This document shows, one piece after another, positions 54,001-64,000 of a stretch of 64,000 bases of DNA. How positions within the stretch are numbered: position 1 is the first letter of the stretch; each line of letters opens with the position of its first letter. The position numbers were made by a program, and so were the translations under genes. Source of the DNA: Eledone cirrhosa (Eukaryota). The stretch is from positions 400,830,001 to 400,894,000 of the forward strand of contig OZ024741.1 of the NCBI GenBank assembly GCA_964016885.1, written 5' to 3'. The notes beneath the pieces were generated by a model. That model worked only from the letters and a program-made list of their open reading frames with translations, had not been told where the DNA came from and made no database searches.

Positions 54001-57000
54001 GTGACACTGCATCCTTTAAAACCTCCATGAAACAAACTACCTGCATCAGTTATTAGCTGTCGAGACACTGCATCCTTTAAAATCTCCATGGAACGAACTA
54101 CCTGCATCAGTTATTAGCTGTCGAGACACTGCATCCTTTAAACCCTCCATGGAACAAACTACCTGCATCAGTTGTTAGTTGTCGAGGCACTGCATCATTT
54201 AAAACCTCCATGGAACAAACTACCTGCATCAGTTTTTAGTTGTCGAGATACTGCATCCTTTAAAACCTCTATGGAACCAACTACCTGCATCAGTTATTTG
54301 CTGTCGAGACACTGCATCCTTTAAAACCTCCATGGAGCAAACTACCTGCATCAGTTGTTAGTTGTCGTGGCACTGCATCATTTAAAACTTCCATGGAACA
54401 AACTACCTGCATCAGTTGTTAGTTGTCGAGACACTGCATCCTTTAAAACCTCCATGGAACAAACTACCTGCATCAGTTATTAGCTCTCGAGACACTGCAT
54501 CCTTTAAAACCTCCATGGAATAAACTACCTGCATCAGTTATTAGCTGTCAAGACACTGCATCCTTTAAAACCTCCATGGAACAAACTACTTGCATCAGTT
54601 GTTAGCTGTCGAGACACTGCATCCTTTAAAACTTGCATGGAACAAACTACCTGCATCAGTTATTAGCTGTCGAGATACTGCATCCTTTAAAACCTCCATT
54701 AAACAAACTACCTGCATCAGTTGTTAGCTGGCCTGACACTGCATCCTTTAAAACCTCCATGGAACAAACTACCTGAATCAATTGTTAGTTGTCGAGACAC
54801 TGCATCCTTTAAAACCTCCCTGGAACAAACTACCTGCATCAGTTGTTAGCTGTCGAGACACTGCATCCTTTAAAACCTCCATTGCACAAACTACCGGCAT
54901 CAGTTATTAGCCGTCGAGACACTGCATCCTTTAAAACCTCCATGGAACAAACTACCTGCATCAGTTATTAACTGTCGCGACACTGCATCCTTTAAAACCT
55001 CCATGGAACAGACTACCTGCATCAGTTGTTAGCTGTTGAGACACTACATCCTTTAAAACCTCCATGGAACAAACAACCTGCATCAGTTGTTAGTTGTAAA
55101 GATACTGCATCCTTTAAAACCTCCATGGAACAAACTACTTACATCAGTTATTAGCTGTCGAGACACTGCATCCTTTAAAACCTCCATGGAACAAACTACC
55201 TGCATCAGTTATTAGCTGTCGAGACACTGCATCCTTTAAAACCTCCATGGAGCAAACTACCTGCATCAGTTGTTAGTTGTCGTGGCACTGCATCATTTAA
55301 AACCTCCATGGAACAAACTACCTTTCATCAGTTGTTAGTTGTCGAGACACTGCATCCTTTAAAAGCTCCATGGAACAAACTACCTGCATCAGTTATTAGC
55401 TGTCGAGACACTGCATCCTTTAAAACATCCATGGAACAAACTACCTGCATCACTTATTAGCTGTCGAGACACTTCACCGTTTAAAACCTCCGTGGAACAA
55501 ACTACCTGCATCAGTTATTAGCTGTAGTGACACTGCATCCTTTAAAACCTCCATGAAACAAACTACCTGCATCAGTTATTAGCTGTCGAGACACTGCATC
55601 CTTTAAAACTTCCATGGAACAAACTACCTGCATCAGTTGTTAGTTGTCGAGACACTGCATCCTTTAAAACCTCCATGGAATAGACTACCTGCATCAGTTG
55701 TTAGCTCTCGAGACATTGCATCCTTTAAAACCTCCATGGAACAAACAACCTGCATCAGTTGTTAGTTGTCAAGACACTGCATCCTTTAAAACCTCCATGG
55801 AACAAACTACTTGCATCAGTTATTAGCTGTCGAGACACTGCATCCTTTAAAACCTCCATGGAACAAACTACCTCCATCAGTTATTAGCTGTCGAGATACT
55901 GCATCCTTTAAAACCTCCATGGAACAAACTACCTGAATCAGTTGTTAGCTGTCGAGACACTGCATCCTTTAAAACCTCCATGGAACAAACTACCTGCATC
56001 AGTTGTTAGTTGTCCAGACACTGCATCCTTTAAAACCTCCATGGAATAAACTACCTGCATCAGTTATTAGCTGTCGAGACACTGCATCCTTTAAAACCTC
56101 CATGGAACAAACTACCTGCATCAGTTGTTAGCTGTCGAGACACTGCATCCTTTAAAATATCCATGGAACAAACTACCTGCATCAGTTATTAGCTGTAGTG
56201 ACACTGCATCCTTTAAAACCTCCATGAAACAAACTACCCGCATCAGTTATTAGCTGTCGAGACACTGCATCCTTTAAAACCTCCATGGAACAAACTACCT
56301 GCATCAGTTATTAGCTGTCGAGACACTGCATCCTTTAAATCCTCCATGGAACAAACTACCTGCATCAGTTGTTAGTTGTCGAGGCACTGCATCCTTTAAA
56401 ACCTCCATGGAACAAACTACCTGCATCAGTTGTTAGTTGTCGAGATACTGCATCCTTTAAAACCTCCATGGAACAAACTACCTGAATCAATTGTTAGTTG
56501 TCGAGAGACTGCATCCTTTAAAACCTCCATGGAACAAACTACCTGCATCAGTTGTTAGCTGTCGAGACACTGCATCCTTTAAAACCTCCATGGAACAAAC
56601 TACCTGCATCAGTTGTTAGTTGTCGAGACACTGCATCCTTTAAAACCTCCATGGAACAAACTACCTGAATCAATTGTTAGTTGTCGAGAGACTGCATCCT
56701 TTAAAACCTCCATGGAGCAAACTACCTGCATCAGTTGTTAGCTGTCGAGACACTGCATCCTTTAAAACCTCCATTGCACAAACTACCTGCATCAGTTATT
56801 AGCCGTCGAGACACTGCATCCTTTAAAACCTCCATGGAACAAACTACCTGCATCAGTTATTAACTGTCGCGACACTGCATCCTTTAAAACCTCCATGGAG
56901 CAGACTACCTGCATCAGTTGTTAGTTGTCAAGACACTGCATCCTTTAAACCCTCCATGGAACAAACTACTTGCATCAGTTATTAGCTGTCGAGACACTGC

Positions 57001-59646
57001 ATCCTTTAAAACCTCCATGGAACAAACTACCTGCATCAGTTATTAGCTGTCGAGATACTGCATCCTTTAAAACCTCCAAGAAACAAACTACCTGCATCAG
57101 TTATTAGCTGTCGAGATACTGCATCCTTTAAAACCTCCATGGAACAAACTACCTGCATCAGTTGTTAGCTGTCGAGACACTGCATCCTTTAAAACCTGCA
57201 TGGCACAAACTACCTGCATCAGTTATTAGCCGTCGAAACACTGCATCCTTTAAAACCTCCATGGAACAAACTACCTGCATCAGTTATTAACTGTCGAGAC
57301 ACTGCATCCTTTAAACCCTCCATGGAACAAACTACCTGCATCATTTGTTAGTTGGCGAGGCACTGCATCCTTTAAAACCTCCATGGAACAAACTACCTGC
57401 ATCAGTTGTTAGATGTCGAGATACTGCATCCTTTAAAACCTCTATGGAACAAACTACCTGCATCAGTTATTAGCTGTCGAGACACTGCATCCTTTAAAAC
57501 CTCCATGGAACAAACTACCTGCATCAGTTGTTAGCTGTCGAGACACTGCATCCTTTAAAACCTCCATGGAACAAACTACCTGCATCAGTTATTAGCTGTA
57601 GTGACACTGCATCCTTTAAAACCTCCATGAAACAAACTACCTGCATCAGTTATTAGCTGTCGAGACACTGCATCCTTTAAACCCTCCATGGAACAAACTA
57701 CCTGCATCAGTTGTTAGTTGTCGAGGCACTGCATCATTTAAAACCTCCATGGAACAAACTACCTGCATCAGTTTTTAGTTGTCGAGATACTGCATCCTTT
57801 AAAACCTCTATGGAACAAACTACCTGCATCAGTTATTAGCTGTCGAGACACTGCATCCTTTAAAACCTCCATGGAGCAAACTACCTGCATCAGTTGTTAG
57901 TTGTCGTGGCACTGCATCATTTAAAACCTCCATGGAACAAACTACCTGCATCAGTTGTTAGTTGTCGAGACTGCATCCTTTAAAACCTCCATGGAACAAA
58001 CTACCTGCATCAGTTATTAGCTCTCGAGACACTGCATCCTTTAAAACCTCCATGGAATAAACTACCTGCAGCAGTTATTAGCTGTCGAGACACTGCATCC
58101 TTTAAAACTTGCATGGAACAAACTACCTGCATCAGTTATTAGCTGTCGAGATACTGCATCCTTTAAAACCTCCATTAAACAAACTACCTGCATCAGTTGT
58201 TAGCTGGCCTGACACTGCATCCTTTAAAACCTCCATGGAACAAACTACCTGAATCAATTGTTAGTTGTCGAGACACTGCATCCTTTAAAACCTCCCTGGA
58301 ACAAACTACCTGCATCAGTTGTTAGCTGTCGAGACACTGCATCCTTTAAAACCTCCATTGCACAAACTACCTGCATCAGTTATTAGCCGTCGAGACACTG
58401 CATCCTTTAAAACCTCCATGGAACAAACTACCTGCATCAGTTATTAACTGTCGCGACACTGCATCCTTTAAAACCTCCATGGAACAGACTACCTGCATCA
58501 GTTGTTAGCTGTTGAGACACTACATCCTTTAAAACCTCCATGGAACAAACAACCTGCATCAGTTGTTAGTTGTCAAGACACTGCATCCTTTAAAACCTCC
58601 ATGGAACAAACTACTTGCATCAGTTATTAGCTGTCGAGACACTGCATCCTTTAAAACCTCCATGGAACAAACTACCTGCATCAGTTATTAGCTGTCGAGA
58701 CACTGCATCCTTTAAAACCTTCATGGAACAAACTACCTGCATCAGTTATTAGCTGTGGAGACACTGCATCCTTTAAACCCTCCATGGAACAAACTACCTG
58801 CATCAGTTATTAGCTGTCGAGACACTGCATCCTTTAAAACCTCCATGGAGCAAACTACCTGCATCAGTTGTTAGTTGTCGTGGCACTGCATCATTTAAAA
58901 CCTCCATGGAACAAACTACCTGCATCAGTGTGTTAGTTGTCGAGACACTGCATCCTTTAAAACCTCCATGGAACAAACTACCTGCATCAGTTATTAGCTC
59001 TCGAGACACTGCATCCTTTAAAACCTCCATTGAATAAACTACCTGCATCAGTTATTAGCTGTCAAGACACTGCATCCTTTAAAACCTCCATGGAACAAAC
59101 TACCTGCATCAGTTATTAGCTGTCGAGACACTGCATCCTTTAAAACCTCCATGGAACAAACTACCTGCATCAGTTATTAGCTGTGGAGACACTGCATCCT
59201 TTAAACCCTCCATGGAACAAACTACCTGCATCAGTTATTAGCTGTCGAGACACTGCATCCTTTAAAACCTCCATGGAGCAAACTACCTGCATCAGTTGTT
59301 AGTTGTCGTGGCACTGCATCATTTAAAACCTCCATGGAACAAACTACCTGCATCAGTGTGTTAGTTGTCGAGACACTGCATCCTTTAAAACCTCCATGGA
59401 ACAAACTACCTGCATCAGTTATTAGCTGTCGAGACACTGCATCCTTTAAAACCTCCATGGAACAAACTACCGGCATCAGTTATTTGTTGTCGAGACACTG
59501 CATCCTTTAAAACCTCCATGGCACAAACTACCTGCATCAGTTATTAACTGTCGAGACACTACATCCTTTAAAACCTCCATGGCACAAACTACCTGCATCA
59601 ATTATTAGCTGTCGAGACACTGCATCCTTTAAAACCTCCATGCTTC
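39022..59646 (+). repeat. Satellite array B, 61-bp monomer, roughly 338 copies, derived from the CR1/L2 ORF2 C-terminus
   Basis: Unit catggaacaaactacctgcatcagttattagctgtcgagacactgcatcctttaaaacctc encodes WNKLPASVISCRDTASFKTS. The array begins with gaagcatgg and runs directly into the LINE stop codon and 3'UTR. Confidence 0.97.
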
Positions 59647-59835
59647 CTGAGATTCGCCAACACTACACCTAATATTCCCCTTCCATACACACGCACACAT
59701 GTATATCATGACTCATACACTATTCACTACCCTGACATTTGTATATTATTCTATGTACTATTCATGCACCTTTAATGAGTTGTAGTGCACCTGAGCACCG
59801 TACACAATAATTTAATTATCATTATTATTATTATA
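59640..59835 (+). mobile_element. CR1/L2-type LINE ORF2 end, 3'UTR and (TTA)n tail continuing from satellite B
   Basis: MLPEIRQHYT* (TAA 59670-72); homologous to the reverse complement of 33140-33265; ends gagcaccgtacacaataattt..attattatt. Confidence 0.8.
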
Positions 59836-59862
59836 TAATAATAATGATAATGAAATTATTAT

Positions 59863-59987
59863 TGAGTTCAAATCCCGCCGAGGTCAACTTTGCCTTTCAT
59901 CCTTACGGTGTCGATAAAATAATGTAACAGTAATGTACTGAATAATTGCTGGCCTTGTGCCAATAGTAGAAACAATTATTATTATTA
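59863..59987 (+). mobile_element. SINE family 1, 5'-truncated
   Basis: gagttcaaatcccgccgaggtcaactttgcctttcatccttacgg.gtcgataaaat...agaaacaattattatt. Confidence 0.88.
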
Positions 59988-60153
59988 TATATATACACAC
60001 ACTAATAAATATTAGGATGCTGGCTACTGTTTTCTATAGGTTTATCCCCAGCCCCTTCCTTCCTCAGTGAGTGATGGATAAAGTTGATGTTTTACACTGT
60101 CTTGGATATGTTTGTCTTGGTAATATTAACTGATGATGCACTCTGACTGTAAA

Positions 60154-63100
60154 GGCACGTGGCCTAGTGGTAAGGGTGTTAGACTTATGATCGTAATGTT
60201 GTGGGTTTGATTCCTGAGATGGGTGGTACGTGGCCTAGTGGTAAGGGTGTTGGACTTATGATCGTAATGTCATGGGTTTGATTCCTGGACTGGGTGATAC
60301 ATGGCCTAGTGGTAAGAGTGTTAGACTTATGATCGTAATGTCATGGGTTTGATTCCCGGACTGGGTAATACATGGCCTAGTGGTAAGGGTGTTGGACTTA
60401 TGATCGTAATGTCGTGGGTTCGATTCCTAGACTGGGTGGTATGTGGCCTAGTGGTAAGGGTGTTGGACTTATGATCGTAATGTCATGGGTTTGATTCCTG
60501 GACTGGGTGATACATGGCCTAGTGGTAAGGGTGTTGGACTTATGATCATAATGTCGTGGGTTTGATTCCTGAGATGGGTGGTACGTGGCCTAGTGGTAAG
60601 GGTTTTAGACTTATGATCGTAATGTCATGGGTTTGATTCCGGGACTGGGTGGTACAGGGCCTAGTGGTAAGGGTGTTGGACTTATGATCGTAATGTCATG
60701 GGTTTGATTCCTGGACTGGGTGATACATGGCCTAGTGGTAAGGGTGTTGGACTTATGATCATAATGTCGTGGGTTTGATTCCTGAGATGGGTGGTACGTG
60801 GCCTAGTGGTAAGGGTGTTAGACTTATGATCATAATGTCGTGGGTTTGATTCCCGGACTGGGTGATACATGGCCTAGTGGTAAGGGTGTTGGACTTATGA
60901 TCGTAATGTCATGGGTTTGATTCCTGGACTGGGTGATACATGGCCTAGTGGTAAGGGTGTTGGACTTATGATCGTAATGTCATGGGTTTGATTCCTGGAC
61001 TGGGTGATACATGGCCTAGTGGTAAGGGTGTTGGACTTATGATCATAATGTCGTGGGTTTGATTCCTGGACTGGGTGATACAAGGGTGTTGGACTTATGA
61101 TCGTAATGTCATGGGTTTGATTCCCGGACTGGGTGATACATGGCCTAGTGGTAAGGGTGTTGGACTTATGAACATAATGTCGTGGGTTTGATTCCCGGAC
61201 TGGGTGATACATGGCCTAGTGGTAAGGGTGTTGGACTTATGATCGTAATGTCATGGGTTTGATTCCTGGACTGGGTGATACATGGCCTAGTGGTAAGGGT
61301 GTTGGACTTATGATCGTAATGTCATGGGTTTGATTCCCGGACTGGGTGATACATGGCCTAGTGGTAAGGGTGTTGGACTTATGATCGTAATGTCGTGGGT
61401 TTGATTCCCGGACTGGGTGATACATGGCGTAGTGGTAAGGGTGTTGGACTTATGATCGTAATGTCGTGGGTCGATTCCTAGACTGGGTGCTATGTGGCCT
61501 ACTGGTAAGGGTGTTGGACTTATGATCGTAATGTCGTGGGTCGATTCCTAGACTGGGTGCTATGTGGCCTACTGGTAAGGGTGTTGGACTTATGATCGTA
61601 ATGTCATGGGTTTGATTCCTGGACCGGGTGGTATGTGGCCTAGTGGTAAGGGTGTTGGACTTATGATCGTAAAGTCATGGGTTTGATTCCCGGACTGGGT
61701 GATACATGGCGTAGTGGTAAGGGTGTTGGACTTATGATCGTAATGTCGTGGGTCGATTCCTAGACTGGGTGGTATGTGGCCTAGTGGTAAGGGTGTTGGA
61801 CTTATGATCGTAATGTCATGGGTTTGATTCCTAGACTGGGTGGTATGTGGCCTAGTGGTAAGGGTGTTGGACTTATGATCGTAATGTCGTGGGTTTGATT
61901 CTTGGACTGGGTGATACATGGCCTAGTGGTAAGGGTGTTGGACTTATGATCGTAATGTCGTGGGTTTGATTCCTGGACTGGGTGGTATGTGGCCTAGTGG
62001 TAAGGGTGTTGGACTTATGATCGTAATGTCGTGGGTTTGATTCCTGGACTGGGTGGTACGTGGCCTAGTGGTAAGGGTGTTGGACTTATGATCGTAATGT
62101 CGTGGGTTTGATTCCTGGACTGGGTGGTACGTGGCCTAGTGGTAAGGGTGTTGGACTTATGATCGTAATGTCGTGGGTTTGATTCTTGGACTGGGTGATA
62201 CATGGCCTAGTGGTAAGGGTGTTGGACTTATGATCGTAATGTCGTGGGTTTGATTCCTGGACTGGGTGGTATGTGGCCTAGTGGTAAGGGTGTTGGACTT
62301 ATGATCGTAATGTCGTGGGTTTGATTCCTGGACTGGGTGGTACGTGGCCTAGTGGTAAGGGTGTTGGACTTATGATCGTAATGTCATGGGTTTGATTCCT
62401 GAGATGGGTGGTACCTGGCCTAGTGGTAAGGGTGTTGGACTTATGATCGTAATGTCGTGGGTTTGATTCCTGAGATGGGTGGTACGTGGCCTAGTGGTAA
62501 GGGTGTTGGACTTATGATCGTAATGTCATGGGTTTGATTCCTGAGATGGGTGGTACGTGGCCTAGTGGTAAGGGTGTTGGACTTATGATCGTAATGTCGT
62601 GGGTTTGATTCCTGAGATGGGTGGTACCTGGCCTAGTGGTAAGGGTGTTGGACTTATGATCGTAATGTCGTGGGTTTGATTCCTGAGATGGGTGGTACGT
62701 GGCCTAGTGGTAAGGGTGTTGGACTTATGATCGTAATGTCGTGGGTTCGATTCCTGGACTGGGTGGTATGTGGCCTAGTGGTAAGGGTGTTGGACTTATG
62801 ATCGTAATGTCGTGGGTTTGATTCTTGGACTGGGTGATACATGGCCTAGTGGTAAGGGTGTTGGACTTATGATCGTAATGTCGTGGGTTTGATTCCTGGA
62901 CTGGGTGGTATGTGGCCTAGTGGTAAGGGTGTTGGACTTATGATCGTAATGTCGTGGGTTCGATTCCTAGACTGGGTGGTATGTGGCCTAGTGGTAAGGG
63001 TGTTGGACTTATGATCGTAATGTCGTGGGTTTGATTCCTGAGATGGGTGGTACGTGGCCTAGTGGTAAGGGTGTTGGACTTATGATCGTAATGTCGTGGG

Positions 63101-64000
63101 TTTGATTCCTGAGATGGGTGGTACGTGGCCTAGTGGTAAGGGTGTTGGACTTATGATCGTAATGTCGTGGGTTCGATTCCTAGACTGGGTGGTATGTGGC
63201 CTAGTGGTAAGGGTGTTGGACTTATGATCGTAATGTCATGGGTTTGATTCCCGGACTGGGTGATACATGGCCTAGTGGTAAGGGTGTTGAACTTATGATC
63301 GTAATGTCGTGGGTCGATTCCTAGACTGGGTGATATGTGGCCTAGTGGTAAGGGTGTTGGACTTATGATCGTAATGTCATGGGTTTGATTCCCGGACTGG
63401 GTGATACATGGCCTAGTGGTAAGGGTGTTGGACTTATGATCGTAATGTCATGGGTTTGATTCCCGGACTGGGTGATACATGGCCTAGTGGTAAGGGTGTT
63501 GGACTTATGATCGTAATGTCATGGGTTTGATTCCCGGACTGGGTGATACATGGCGTAGTGGTAAGGGTGTTGGACTTATGATCGTAATGTCGTGGGTCGA
63601 TTCCTAGACTGGGTGATATGTGGCGTAGTGGTAAGGGTGTTGGACTTATGATCGTAATGTCATGGGTTTGATTCCCGGACTGGGTGATACATGGCGTAGT
63701 GGTAAGGGTGTTGGACTTATGATCGTAATGTCGTGGGTCGATTCCTAGACTGGGTGATACATGGCCTAGTGGTAAGGGTGTTGGACTTATGATCGTAATG
63801 TCATGGGTTTGATTCCTGGACCGGGTGGTATGTGGCCTAGTGGTAAGGGTGTTGGACTTATGATCGTAATGTCGTGGGTCGATTCCTAGACTGGGTGGTA
63901 TGTGGCCTAGTGGTAAGGGTGTTGGACTTATGATCGTAATGTCATGGGTTTGATTCCTGGACTGGGTGGTACATGGCCTAGTGGTAAGGGTGTTGGACTT
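60154..64000 (+). repeat. Satellite array C, 71-bp tRNA-like monomer (SINE head with Pol III A and B boxes), about 54 copies within the window, runs off the end
   Basis: Unit tggcctagtggtaagggtgttggacttatgatcgtaatgtcgtgggtt(t/c)gattcc.ggactgggtg.ta.. with period 71 (ggcc at 60161, 60232, 60303). Aligns to the SINE head at 37127-37200. Confidence 0.95.

Noticed and set aside
39530-59476. Short ORFs in satellite B
   Set aside because: The 61-bp unit frameshifts at every copy; ORFs appear only where indels or substitutions remove stops.
39022-59646. CRISPR-like array
   Set aside because: Monomers are contiguous with no unique spacers, there are no cas genes, and the context is eukaryotic.
60154-64000. 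Tandem tRNA gene cluster (apparent TAT anticodon)
   Set aside because: Acceptor and anticodon stems do not pair properly, there are no spacers or terminators, most B-boxes are mutated, and the unit matches a SINE head.

Overview
Eukaryotic, repeat-dominated window. The SINE, MITE and LINE families and the abundant (TA)n/(CA)n tracts look like octopod cephalopod DNA (inference). About 38 kb of the 64 kb is three satellite arrays: a 72/75-bp array (about 2543-16366), a 61-bp array (about 39022-59646) and a 71-bp array (60154 to the window end). Two of these can be traced to parent retroposons that are also present, unamplified, in this window. The 61-bp unit is the WNKLP..V....FK C-terminal segment of a CR1/L2-type LINE ORF2, amplified inside a LINE copy, and in the parent it is bracketed by a 10-bp inverted repeat. 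The 71-bp unit is the tRNA-like (Pol III A-box/B-box) head of a SINE. Between the arrays are a 4.2-kb hAT shell with intact TIRs and 8-bp TSD filled with nested insertions, a piggyBac-like TTAA MITE, two Tx1/L1 LINE copies in a (TAYC)-type microsatellite, CRE-like and RTE LINE fragments, Penelope-like hammerhead/inverted-repeat remnants and Helitron-like pieces. Host-gene evidence is limited to a terminal exon (3-209, possibly a GH18 chitinase-like C-terminus with a hydrophobic tail) and a candidate first coding exon (36587-36722). The long ORFs in the satellites are artefacts of repeat periodicity. Family assignments come from motif recognition only; no searches were run.
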